From contig OZ316899.1 in assembly GCA_973895155.1 (NCBI GenBank), forward strand, positions 5,025,241 through 5,089,240: a stretch of DNA of 64,000 nt. Direction: 5' to 3'. The position numbers and the translations under genes were made by a program. The DNA is from Marsupella aquatica. Lineage: Eukaryota > Plantae > Marchantiophyta. Each line of letters starts with the position of its first letter. The first letter of the stretch is position 1. The notes below the pieces were generated by a model, which was not told the DNA's origin, did not search any database, and saw nothing but the letters and a program-made list of their open reading frames with translations. Positions 25,691-38,222 of this stretch are shown piece after piece.

Positions 25691-26370
25691 ATGGCACGCC
25701 CTAAAATCCGAGCCAAGAAGCGGGGCACAGAGGTGAGCAACACAGGTGTAGTTGGGCCAGATGGTAGTAACTTCTCCGCAAGTCAGATTTTCTAGAAGAC
25801 AGCTCATTGTTGTGCCATTTGTGACGATGGTGGGGGCTTAGCCATATGTGAGGGCCCTTGCATGAGGCATTTCCACCTCAACCTGGAGTCTGACCTTGCT
25901 GCAGAAAACAATTGTCCAGGGGTGGGCCTCCCGTCAGCACACCAAGGAGGCTGGATGTGCACTGATTGTTTGGAGAAGCAGGCTAAGTGTGCATAGTGTG
26001 GGAAGTTGGGGTCTTATGAGGGCTCTGTTGATGCTCCACCACTTGTTAGGAATGCCCTGACAGATATTGTGTGAGGTTCTTTTGTTTTTCATGTTTGCCC
26101 GATCTTGCCACAGCTTGCCCACTTCATAAGTGCAAGGCATGTGGTCAGCACGATGAAGATTTCTGGGTGGACATAGTCCACTGTGTTAGGTGTCCCACCA
26201 TGTGGCACTTTCATTGTTTGAAGGAGCGTCAAGCAGAAGGCTATGCTTGTGACAGACACATCTATCATCACTCTGCACATGGTGTTGATCGATGGATCTT
26301 CTATTGTCATCGCCATGCCATAGATCCTACTTTGCACACTCCCATGAGAGATCACATTTCTTGGCTTTGA
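25691..26370 (+). pseudogene. EDM2-type tandem PHD-finger module (cargo of CACTA A)
   Basis: MARPKIRAKKR...CAICDDGGGLAICEGPCMRHFH...WMCTDCLEKQAKCA*CGKLGS...CPLHKCKAC...CVRCPTMWHFHCL...IFYCHRHAIDPTLHTPMRDHISW; two TAG stops and one frameshift near 26050. Confidence 0.85.
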
Positions 26371-26660
26371 ACCTGAATAATGTACATGCATAGTGCACCT
26401 GATGTGGATACCTTGGAGATTGCAGACATTCCAATTTTGAGAAGAAGGACCTCTGTAGGAGAGGATGCTTAGGCAACAAGTACCCTAAGTTCATTACTTG
26501 TTCCTGGGTACATGCCTTCAAAAACTCCCCTTAAGCCTTCTAGGAACTTTTTTTAACTCTGCAATCATTTTGATCACGACTTACATGACACTGCTTAAAT
26601 TAAATCAGGACTTCTCATTATGAGCATATAAGTTACAAGGCTATTTAATTTGCGAGAATT

Positions 26661-26688
26661 CCCTAAACCCTAAACCCTAAACCCTAAA
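26661..26688 (+). repeat. Interstitial plant telomere-type repeat (CCCTAAA)4
   Basis: Direct reading of the sequence. Confidence 0.95.
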
Positions 26689-26823
26689 GTGTACCAACAT
26701 TTTGTATTCTCATTGAATGTCTGCCCATTTACAACATCTGTATGTGGCATCACAAAACAATTGCACTTGTCACCTTCAATATTGTGAAGGCACATATTCA
26801 AACTATGAGGTGCATTCTTGCAG

Positions 26824-27838
26824 GTGTCTAGTACGTTTGTCCCAATATTTCTCCCGTTTGGAATCGGAGCAGAGACTCACCAGACGACTGGACTGGACCA
26901 AGTTATAAACGCAGCATTTTAAGGGCCCTCCGATTATCAGGTGAACGCATTATCTTCCGGTCTGCAGTGATTAGGTGGCCCGTGTGTACATGGCCTCTAG
27001 GAAACGTACAAAGGTTGACCACCCACCTCTGTTGGCTGGAATCAAAGCCATTTTGATTCCTGGCCACTATGGGTTCACCCAAGTGAGTTGGCCAATCGTA
27101 CAAAAATGATTCTCAGAGTTCCATGGGACTGAAGTCAAGGACATCACTCCATAGACTACACATGTTGTTGCGGGGACATGGCTGGATGTGATGAACAAGT
27201 GGTCATGGTCCTTCATTGATTCTGCCATTACCAACCAAGGTCTAAAAGTAGTTGAAGTCTCTTGGCTGACCGATTCTGTTAAACATAGGTGTGTACAGAG
27301 TACTGAGCAATATGAGTTGTGGGAGAGTGAGGAGGCCACTGCAGAGGCTTTGGCTGAAAAGGAAGCCTATGAAGCAGCGACAGAGAAACCCAACTTTGCT
27401 TCTGTCCAATATGGACCTGTTGTCAACATAAGACACCATCCTATGCGTGCAGATGCTATATTGAATGAGCATGGCAAGGAGAGAAATACCATTATGAAGG
27501 GGTTCAGTGTGGTATTTGCAGAAGAAGGAATTGGGGAGACTAAGTGCAGACTGTACAAGTCCATAGTTGTTGAGCTAGGTGGGACAGTGGAGGAGAGTCT
27601 AACAGAAACCTCCACTCATGTTGTAGGTCTGTCATACATGAAAATATGCAGAAAATTCTTTAAGACAATAGTGCGTCATTTTGTCATGAACAACAATCTT
27701 TGGGTGCTTTCCCCTGATTGGCTTCTGGAATCAGCAGCTAGAGGGAAGCGACAGAATGCTTGGGACTTTGATATTTTCGAGGCCTGGCCCTCCAAGATTC
27801 AGCGGAGATGTATGCTTAGCAAAGGTGGGAGAGAGTGA
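26824..27838 (+). pseudogene. Tandem BRCT-domain protein (cargo of CACTA A)
   Basis: BRCT1 LLAGIKAILI...FHGTEVKDITP*TTHVVAG...VVEVSWLTDSV; BRCT2 MKGFSVVF...LGGTVEESLTETSTHVVG...VLSPDWLLESA; several in-frame stops in the 5' half. Confidence 0.8.
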
Positions 27839-28011
27839 GGAGTAGGAGTCCCTCATCTTTTTGTATAAATCACAATTTTGTAATAAATGTGATCCTTGAA
27901 CTAACTCATCTTGTCATGGTTGGTCGCAGTTGAAGTGATTGTTGTTTCCTGCTGCGTGGGGTGTGACTGTGAATCTACTTGCTGGGCTCTGTTTGTCTGA
28001 AGACTTTGGTG

Positions 28012-28548
28012 GGTATGCTGCCTCTTCCAGACCGTCAGGCCCTATGTAGGGTCCTCCTACGGGTTGCATCGTGCATGGCTATTGCTTGGGCTTACTTGTG
28101 TGGATTGGTAACCAGACAGAGTGTAGCTCCATCCGAGATAATGCCTGCAGACCTTGGATGTGTTGTGAATGCTGTGGTGAATGAGGATGCACAGTCCGAA
28201 GAGGACATTTACTTTTCAGCAGATGAGTTAGACAAGCACGATGCTGTAGGTGGTTCCTTGTTGCCTGATTTGGCAGATGATATAGTTCTTACACATGTCT
28301 GGCCGAGGGTTCTTGTGGTGTCTGGCGCACAAGATATTTGCAAATATAGACTAATTAGTACCCAGTGGAGGGACTTGGTAGCAACATGTGCACCATGGAG
28401 GGCACTGCTGCCACTGCTTGTAGGCACGGATCGAAGACCACCATGGCATGAGCAGGGTTTAGACCTTGATGACTTAATGTACATGCCTGAGTACCTCAGG
28501 GCTGAGTGGCATCGACAACAGGATTGGTATCCATATTTGATGTGGTAG
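28012..28548 (+). CDS. Small F-box-like protein (cargo of CACTA A)
   Basis: LLPDLADDIVLTHVWPRV...ICKYRLISTQWRDLV resembles an F-box motif; start codon uncertain (28012, 28075 or 28141). Confidence 0.55.
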   Translation, partial: GMLPLPDRQALCRVLLRVASCMAIAWAYLCGLVTRQSVAPSEIMPADLGCVVNAVVNEDAQSEEDIYFSADELDKHDAVGGSLLPDLADDIVLTHVWPRVLVVSGAQDICKYRLISTQWRDLVATCAPWRALLPLLVGTDRRPPWHEQGLDLDDLMYMPEYLRAEWHRQQDWYPYLMW

Positions 28549-28874
28549 TAAGATGAGGACATCTCACACCGGTCTCGCACCTGGCACCTGTGTCTATGAC
28601 TATACATGATTGGACTCTGATATGGTCATGGATGTACATGCAGAGGCAGTACATGTGAGGACAGCGGAGGAGTTGACACCCTCAAACATTTAGGAATTTT
28701 GTCTCATTCACTTGAGAATAGGTACATGACTCAGGCACCTATATTTTTTGTTTTTTTGTTTTTTTGGAACGTTACGTATTTTGGCAAGTACAGTCGGGGG
28801 TGAAATCCTTAACAGGAAGTGTATTTTTCACTTGCATAATAAAATGACAGGGTGCTGAGTGCGTGTGTATAGTG

Positions 28875-31800
28875 ATGGCTCCAAGGTTGCCTCTTCACAA
28901 CCCATTTAGGATTAGGCATCATGATTCTAAATTGTGGATGCATGAACAAGCCCGGGCCGCCCAAGGTAGGAGTAGGAGGATGAGATGCCCATGCACACAG
29001 TGCCAAGGATTCAAGTCGTTGAGTTTGAACACTGTGCACCTTCACCTGCTGCGGCATGAAAGGCACCCTCGGTGGAGGGTTTGGAATGTACCAGCAGAAG
29101 AAGACTCCTCTGATGAAGAGTGGAGAGCTGACTTTGTGGATTCTAATACAGCTAGGCGTAGAGACTACGTAGAGCAGGACATAGACTGTGCAGAGGATGG
29201 TCCTGGGGTCCAACATGAGAACGTGGATGACCAAGATGGAGATGCAGAGGCAGTCACTGAGGACGGTGGGATGGATGTCCCAAGAATGGTTCAAGAGATT
29301 TTTGAAGACCTTGATGCTTTTTACGACACAGTGGAATCAGAAGAGGACAATGAACCGCAGCCACACATTGGAGACGGCCAAGCTGAACCTGACTTTGACA
29401 TTGGGGAAGGTGCAGCAGAGAGGGAGTGGGTGTTTGGGGGCCCAAAACACATCAAAGAAGCTTGCATTCCTATCTACAAGGGGTCGAACTGCTCCAAGCT
29501 GGGTTTTGTCGTGTTGTTGTTGAACATCTGTGGCAATCACAATGTTCCCAATATATTTGTGACAGAGTTGTTGACCTTCCTGCGCCAAAATGTGTTACCA
29601 GATGGTAATTCAATTCCAAAAAATATGTACGAGGCTAGGAAATTGATGTCTAACCTTGGGCTGAACTATGTGTCTATTGACGCATGCCCTGATGGGTGTG
29701 TTCTCTTTCGCAAAGAGCATGCAGATAAATTGACATGCCCTCATTGTGGTAAGCACAGGTACAAGAATGTAGGGAAATGTACACACCCTGCCAAGGTTCT
29801 TCGTCATTTTCCTCTCATTCCTAGACTACAACGTCTGTTTAGATGCCCTGCCATTTCCAAGCTGATGACATGGACTCCTGATAACAAGAGCAGTGATGGC
29901 CTGCAGTGTCACATTGGAGATTCCAACCATTGGAAATTTGTTGATGAGAGGTGGCCACAGTGTGCTGCAGAGAAGCGGAACTTTCGATTTGGGCTATCAC
30001 TGGATGGAGTAAACCCATTTGGAGACAAAAACAACCGTTATTCATGTTGGCCGGTTACGCTGCTAAATTACAACCTTCCCCCATGGATGACTACAAAGAG
30101 GTTTTTTGTGATGATGGTGCTGCTAATCCCTGGACCAGCTTCTGTGACCGAGCAATTCATAGATATCATGTTGGCTCCAGCAGTGGAAGAGTGGAAGACT
30201 TTGTGGATAGAAGGGGTGTTAACCCATGATGTTCTGAAGGGGCTTCTTCGACCCAGCCCCTTTAGACTGCATGCAATTTGTTTGCTGGATATAGCAGATT
30301 ACCCAGGCCATGGCATCATATCTGGACGAGTGACAAAGGGCTATGTGGGGTGCACACCATGTGGGAAAAATGTGACAAGTGAGTGGTCGCATGCCCTGCA
30401 CAGTATGAAATTCCAGGGGCATAGAAGGTATCTGCCTGTTGATCATCCTTACAGGCACACACGGTCTCAAATTGCACACTTCAACAACAAAACAGAGCTT
30501 CGTGGCCCACCACAGAGGGTCACTAGAGAGCAAGTCCTGAGGTGGGCAGCCAAGAAGGCTGATTGGGACAAGAGAAGTGCCACTGATCAAGAACCTGAGG
30601 ATCCAGTGGTGAAACACTGTGTGAAAAGACAGACCTTGATGGACTTGGAGTTGGAGTACTGGAGGGTAATGTACTTAGCCTCCAGCCCCTGTATGATTGC
30701 AATTTAGATTGGAGCAATGGTGGATTGATGTTGGTTACAATCCTCCTATGTGGTTAATTAGTGTTTCTGTTGTTGAATTCTTTGCTTTGTGGAGTGCAGG
30801 AATTCGAGCCCAGCAAACACAATGTGGACATCATGCACATTGAGAAAAATATTTGTGAGAGTTTGCTGAAGTTCTTGTCGGGTGAGAAAGATACAGGAGC
30901 AGTTCGAGCTGATATGCAACAGAAGGGGATTTTCCCTCACCTTTGGTTGAAGCCCCATGCAAGCAATCCCAATGTACTTCTCAAGTTCCAAGCTCCCTAT
31001 GTGTGCACACGGGATGAATGGAAGACATTCTTGTATAGATTGAGCTGTCTGAAAGTGCCCTCTGGCTATGCTGGTGCCTTCAAGAAGCATATTACAAAGA
31101 ATAAACTTGGCAGTATGAAACACACATGACTACCATGTGTTGATGCAGCACATTCTGCCCCTATGCCTCAGAGGTCTCATGCATAAACCAGTCCGTAATG
31201 TCATTCTTCGACTGTGCAATGTATTTCACCGTATATGTGTGAAAGTGTGGGATCCCCAAGGATTGGAGCAGTTGAAGCAGGATGCTGCTTATGTCCTCTG
31301 TGACTTGGAGATATACTTCCCCCCTGCTTTCTTTGATGTTATGACTCATCTCCTAATCCATGTGGTAGAAGAGCTAGGGCAGTATGGGCCAGTCAGTACC
31401 AGATGGATGTACCCTATGGAGCGATACATGAAGTTGTTGAAAGGTCATGTGAGAACATACTACAGGCCAGAGGCTTCCATGGCATTTGGGTACATTAAGG
31501 ATTAGACGTTGGGATTCCTAACAGAGTACATGGCTGGGTCTGGTGAAGCTATGACAAGAGTTTGGAAATCTGGTGAAGATGATGGAGTGAGTGGCGAGGT
31601 TGTTGAAGGTGTGGGACGTGCTGTTCAGCTGCCTGTTGCGATTCGAGACAAGGCTCATTCATATGTGCTGGCAAACACAGAGCCTATGCAACCATGGTGG
31701 AGGTGAGTGATTGAATTGACTTGCCTTTGTTGTGATGCTTCTTGTCTGTTCCAAGGGTGATCTTAGGTTGTCATGTGTTGTTTAGACCTAACTATGCCTG

Positions 31801-32419
31801 TACCTCATATTGCTGGGAATATGATATGCAAAAAGCTGCACACTCTGGGCAGCAGGATCCCTTCCCACAGTTCGAGCAGTGGATTCGGGTGACAATTCGA
31901 GAGCATAGTAGACATCACCCAGATATGGAGAAGGATTTGTATCTTCTATCTGTGCCACCACGATTGTCTATTCTGACCTACAAACGGATGAGAGCTTATG
32001 GAAATCATTATCGAGTGAGGGATGAGCAGGGTGACCATTGTGTATCATATGATTGTGGTTTGATTTCTGTGTTTGAGCAGAGAACCTCTGAAGAACAGAG
32101 GGGGTGGATGAAGATGGGTTACGTGGGGGAGTTGACTGACATTTGGGTGTTGAATTATGGTAACACAAGTGTCCCAGTGATATTGATGAAGGGATCATGG
32201 GTGAAATCAGAGTGGCAGAGACCAAGGGCCACCATGAAGCGTGATCATGATGGGTTCTTGTTGGCCAATTTTAGGTCCAGAGTACCAGAATGGTCTGAGC
32301 CTTTTGTTTTCCCTAGCCAAGTTGAACAGGCTTTCTTTGCAGATGTGGAGGAGTCCCATGGTTGGAGGGTGGTATGCCATAGCCAAGCACGGAACAGGCG
32401 GATGATGGAAGTAAAGTAG
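28875..32419 (+). pseudogene. CACTA TnpD/Tnp2 transposase (Transposase_21, DUF4218, DUF4216)
   Basis: CPCTQC; IDACPDGCVLFR; LRHFPLIPRLQRLF; LSLDGVNPF; SCWPV...NLPPW; DIMHIEKN; FPPAFFDVMTHLLIH; WMYPMER; EPFVFPSQVEQAFF. Intron 30667-30799; frameshift near 31121; stop at 31503. Confidence 0.95.
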
Positions 32420-32751
32420 AGTTCAGTTTGGATGACCATGCTGCATTCGAGCATCCTAGTCATGAGACTGTACTTCCAACTCGGGCAGGGACTGACTACA
32501 TCCCCTTAACATTGAGAGAGACATATGATGAACCTGGGCAAATGGAATATGATGAGGTTGATGATTTGCAATAGGCAACAGCTGGCGATTGGCAAGTATG
32601 AGGTTGAGGATGACTACCTGCACAGAGTCACAGAACGGGAATTGCTGCCTGGAATGATGTTTAGGATAGTTGGATATGCATGAAATTGATTGATACTTTG
32701 AATTTAGTGTGCTGATTCTCCCTGTTTGGTTGTGGGTGCTGTGCAGAAGCT

Positions 32752-35700
32752 ATGGGGGAAGAGGGTGATGACATGGAGACAGACATGGGGCTTGGAGAGT
32801 GGGGTGAAGAGGAAAGATTGGATATGGATGGAGACCCAGATGCAGGGGGCGCACAGAAAAATGCACCTGTGCAGGATGCACAGGGCCCTCATCAAGTCCC
32901 AGGTAGGTGGGCAGCTAGAGAGAAATCACATAATCCATACCCTAGAAGGAGCCAGAGTTATTGGCAAGAGACGCCTGATAATTATGATGATGACTATGAT
33001 GGAGCAGAAGATGGATGGGATGAATATGAACACCCAGAGCGTGGTAGAGATGGGTACAGAGGGCAATGGAAAGGTGAGGAGGATGATTGGACAAGTAAGT
33101 GCCTTGTGCTAGTGATTTTGTGATGGTAGTAGAGATTTAGCTCAATATGGACTTATCTGATGTGTAGCTAGGGCAAAGAGTTTATCTTACAGGTCCATGA
33201 GTGTGGCATGTACCTGTTGGTATGCAGACTCTGATTGGGACAATCACGAAAATAACAAAGGCCATCCACGTTCAGATAGGAGGCAATCATTCACAGGCGG
33301 GAGAAACGGCCCTAATTCATCAAGACAAAGCAATAGGACAGGTGGTCCAGAACCATCTATGCGCCAAGGGAGAGGTAACTTGGTCATTGCAGAATTGCTT
33401 TGAAGTCCAGTGTATATTTGGCAGCAGGATTTATGATTCATACTTACCTAATGGATCCTGTAAATGTGCAGGGACTCCAGGGAGGTTTGGACAATGCAAT
33501 CCAGGCCGTGGGGGGAGATCAGGCCGTGGAGGGACCCCAGGCCGTGGGGGGACACCAGGCCGTGGAGGGACCCCTAGTAGCGCTTCAAGGAGTACCAAGG
33601 CAGGAGACAATAACAAATTTGGTAAAGTAGAAGTGAATTCCGATGGTTGGATAACTCCCACATGTGATGGTAAGAACCGTTGGCATTCTGACCTAAGAGG
33701 AGAAGTATTGCGTTGGTTAGATTGGAGCATTACAGAGTTTAGGAGTCAGAACAAAGCTGATTGGGCTGCTATCTGCAAGGACATTCTTGAATGGTGGGAC
33801 TATGTTGGTAATGATGGTAAGGGCCCAGTTGAAGATTGCATATCAGATTATGCAATGAGGATTTTGAAACAAGAGAGGCATAGGTTGAAAAGGATGTGGA
33901 TAGACAATGGTTCTAACAGGAGAATGCCACCACCCCCATCATTGGAATTGGATCAATGGACACGGTTAATCAAAGGGTTCATGTCAGAGGCTGGACAGAG
34001 CAAAAGTGAACTGATGTCAAATGCTCGAGGCAAAGTGAAACACCTGTCACAGGCTGGGAGAGGAAGTTATGCTCCAGTGAAAGAACAATTGGTAAGGCAG
34101 TGACATGCCTGATAGTAAGCCTCAAACTTATCATCTTGCTACCATTATTACATTTTCATTGACAATCAACACTTGGTTTCATTCATATGTATGTTGATGT
34201 GGACTGCAGAAGAAATTGACAGGTGAAGAACCATCAGCACAAGAAGTGAGAGAGGAGTTCATGAAACAAAGGAGTGAGGTGACAAGTGTGACTTCCAAAC
34301 AGGTGATTATGTTGTAATTCTGTATGTTCTGTGACTATTTGCCCTTGAGCATCAGAAAGAATTGTAGTAGGAAGTAAGCAACCAGTTCTTGGGGACAGTT
34401 ATCTGAGATATGTAAGCTGTGTTATGACAGGGAACTGTTACAACTCTCACAGAGATGTGTGAACGGTTGAAGTCATTAGAGTGTGGACTCCCTTGAGTGG
34501 AAAGTAAATTGGCTGATCGTTTGGATATTGTGGAGGCATCTGTAGCAAACCTTCTTGCATCAGTGGAATCTAATTTCAAGCTTGTGATTGAAAAATTGGG
34601 TGGTTCCCAACCAAACAATGAGGGCAACATTGTACAAAGTGTGCCCTTGTTAACAAAAAAGGGAATTGGCAAATCTGACACAGGTATGGAAATGACACTG
34701 GCCCATTGTTCATTGTGTCCTATGTTCAAATGTTAGAAGTAAGTTTTCATGAATTGAGTGAATGGTTTGAATGCAGGAAGAGTGGAGGCAGAGAAGGACC
34801 CTGTAATCAGTAAGCAGAATGGCAAAAAGGTTGCTGAGACAGGTAACCTACTATGATCCAGTACATTACATTTGAAAAGTGCATGGAGTTTTGTGAAGCT
34901 TAAGCCGGTTGGAGGTAATCTTTTCTATAAGAACTGGTTGGATCAACTGGGATCTGAAGTGACATCATGATTGATGTATCAGGTGATTCAAAGAGCAATG
35001 AAAAAGATGTGCCCATTGCCTCAATGACCATAGCCAAGGAGGTATCAGGTAAGCTGATGCTTTAAATTCCTCTCCTACCTTTGTTGAGAAACAATTCAGT
35101 GGTTAATAGATTGAACCTGAATATTGTGGTGTGTTTATTGATCAACAGAAGCAGACATGGAGGATATGGCAATGGTAAAGAAGGGGAAGAAGGCTGTTCA
35201 TAATGGTAAGGAGATAGTGACAATTTTGTGGTTGGTGACATGTACATGGCGCACATGTGATGAGTGATTCACTTATGTTGGACAATGCACTGAATTGTAG
35301 TTGATGCAGAGTTGACAGACTCTCAACCAAGTGGGAGCAGGGTGAAGCGACGTCGAAACTTGGGAGAAACATTGGATGCAAGTAAGATTGTAGATGCTTC
35401 AATTGAAGCAAGTACAATGTTGGCGGATACTGAGATGATGTCGCAGGGAAATCCTGCTATACAATCGGAAGTGTCAAATATGGATGCAGATTCTTTGAAG
35501 AAGAGTGTAGCCAATTCTCGATCACCAGCACAAAACACTCGTGCCAAAGTCATGACTCGCAACCAAGGTATGAATAATGTCATGTATAAGCCACCCAGGA
35601 AAGCCAAGAAAAGCAGCCAGGGTAAGGTGGAGGTGATAGCCACAGCAGAGCCAGTCCATAATCTTCTATCATGGTAGGATGACTCGAAGGTATGTGTGGG

Positions 35701-35905
35701 TACAGGCATTTTGCGACCGGATCATGCTAAATTCCATGGCAAAGTGGTCCCGGATGACCATGTAGTAGTGTTGTTGACTACAGTGATTGTATCTGATTGT
35801 AATTTGCCATTTCCGAATAGAGACGATGATCCACCTCAGGAAATAATTGCAGATGCAATAGGATCTCTTGTGCTCTGGCCATCAGAGTGTGTTAGTCTGC
35901 AGTGA
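32752..35905 (+). CDS. CACTA TnpA-like multi-exon gene (Transposase_24-like core, C-terminal Tnp1/DUF8039-like domain); exon structure approximate, possibly a pseudogene
   Basis: Acidic N-terminal exon; PGRGG repeats (18-bp units, about 33500-33575); ERHRLKRMW...PP...QWTRLI...KSELMSNARGK...GRGSY; final exon FHGKVVPDDHVVV...LPFP...IADAIGSLVLWP. Confidence 0.75.
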
Positions 35906-37670
35906 CTGAATGCAAGTGTAGATAGAATCATGTGACATGTGTTACATTTTGACATTGCCTTGGAAAGATCCAAGAAATATCTGTACCAATTTTTCCATTT
36001 GGTAAAGAGGATGAAGGAGCCGTTGTGTGTGACATTGATATTTCTGAATTCTGTATATATGAAACAAGTGATTGATGTCAAACTATGGCTCTATGGTGAT
36101 TGTCTATGATACTTGAATCTGTTTTGTATCATTTCAGTATTAGTGTGTATGGTATAGACGAATGCTTTGTGACCTTCTTTGTAGTCTATGATGTTTGAAT
36201 CTGTGAATTCATATTAGTGTACATGGTATAGAAGATGGCTTTCTGAAAATTTGTGTGAGGTTGTAATGTTAACATGGTGAATGGTGACCTTATAGAGTGA
36301 GTTCATTCCAAGTACACAATAAAACATGAATGGAATGTGTTATTTGTGCACAAGAGTGAGTTCATTCCAAGTAGTATAGTGGGGTCTTCATCACTCATTT
36401 CCAGTTGACATGAAAGACTTATACATACCCCACAAAGTGTCTACTTTAGTCGTTTTATAAACCCACAAAGTATACTTAAAGACTACCCTCCATAACCTTT
36501 TGAGTCGTTACAACGACTCACCATCGCAGCCCATAAAAGACTGAAAAAGACTCACCAAACCTACCCACACAAAGACTACAATAGACTGAAAATCCAGTCT
36601 ATAAAACGACTTATAAACCAGTTCCAGTTCTATAAAGGACTCAGTTGATTATAGTAACAAAACATACGACTCATAGTCCTATAAAGGACTGGAGTCCTTC
36701 CCAATCATTTCCAAGTCCTATATGGTACTGAATAGTCGTTTAATGGGGTCTAAATACCCCCCGGTTTCTACTAGTGAATTCTCACCTTCCGATGATGCCA
36801 AGGTTTCCGATTCTATTCTAATTGGATGTACGATCCAACCGTCCAAGCCAACGCGTATCGGACCTTGCCATTAAACTAGAATCGGACTATCACCATTCCA
36901 ACCCAATCACAAACGGGCCGTCACTACGATGTAGGAAAAGTTGGATTGTTTGTCCAAGCCAGAAACAATTGGACCGCTTGGTCCAGTTCTTCTCCAACGC
37001 TAGATGAATTGGAACCCCTTTCCAAAGAAAAACGTAAGCACATTTTCCGATCAAATTAGAATTGGAAGTTGCCATTCAATACAAATTGGAAGTTTTTGAT
37101 GCGCATGGAATTGGATATTCCAAGGTTTTCAGGATTGGACAATTGTTTCCAAGTGGTAGGCAATGGGATTCATATTTGCAATACAAATACAATGAGATCT
37201 TGGTCCAATTGTTGGTGCAATGGACTTTGTGGTCCAATTCTTTGGGAATTGAAAGTGTGACTGTCTACGATTCATTTAGAATTGGAACCTTTGGCAAGGC
37301 CAGGGTCATCCCTCATCTGCTCATGGAAAGTATTGACCGGTCCTGAATCATGTGTAGCATAGCCTTTGTAGTCTGTGTTCCTAGGATGAGAAATCTTATG
37401 CCAATGGCCATTCCTATCTTTACAATGCACTACCCTATAATGGTTACCAAAAGTTTTCGTTAAATTGTAAGTCAAAGCCTTTTGACTCGATGAAAAAAAA
37501 TTCTTGCGGTCAACAAAAACAGTTGTCTTCATTGTCATCTAGGTCAAAATTCTATATATATTGTATCCCTAAATGAACTTAACCACGCCCCAAAAGGAAT
37601 TGTAGCAATTTGAGGAGGACCTAGGTTTGTTTGGCGATCTAACATTGATAGGTAAATTGGTTCCCATATG

Positions 37671-38040
37671 GGGGCATCACCACCGAGACAGGAAACAGGA
37701 AAACAGGATTACTGGTACCAGCAAAAAGTTTCTTGTTACCAAGAAATTTTACTATTACCAGTAAAAAACACGATATAAAAATGTACCATTTAAAGTCTTA
37801 TTTTTCAAAATAATTAAAATCATGGGTTTTTTTTGCGCGCGCCAAGCGCTGCTATTGTTAGCTCCGGGCGCTAGCAATATGATGATGACAAACCAAAACA
37901 AAAAAAACTTTTTTTCCCCCAAAAAACATTTTCCAAAAAAAATCCCCCAAAAAAATCCAAAAAAATCATCACTCACTTTCCTGTTACCAGTAATTGTTTC
38001 CTGTTACTGTTTCTTGTTTCCTGTCGTTTGTAAATACCCC
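37671..38040. mobile_element. 370-bp non-autonomous derivative (MITE) of the MULE-like family at 1-7870
   Basis: GGGG...CCCC termini with inverted GACAGGAAAC motifs; TSD CCCATATG (37663-37670 and 38041-38048; 9 bp if the left boundary moves one base); the left ~90 bp match the reverse complement of 7780-7870. Confidence 0.88.
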
Positions 38041-38222
38041 CCCATATGGTCAACATAGAGCTTTCATAATTGACCACGCAACCCAATGTCATGATACGCA
38101 AGAATTCATCAAGAATTAGCCCAAACTGTGGATCTAAATGAACTCAAAGGTGTATAAAAACCCTAGGCACTCTATAAGAAACATCAAATGTGCCTAAGGT
38201 TGCATGTACAATGCAAGAGCTA

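Larger units (their letters stand above)
20379..36776 (+). mobile_element. CACTA (En/Spm) element A, 16.4 kb, with cargo genes
   Basis: Perfect 18-bp TIR CACTAGTAGAAACCGGGG / CCCCGGTTTCTACTAGTG; TSD AAT/AAT (20376-20378, 36777-36779); contains TnpD and TnpA-like genes. Confidence 0.97.
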
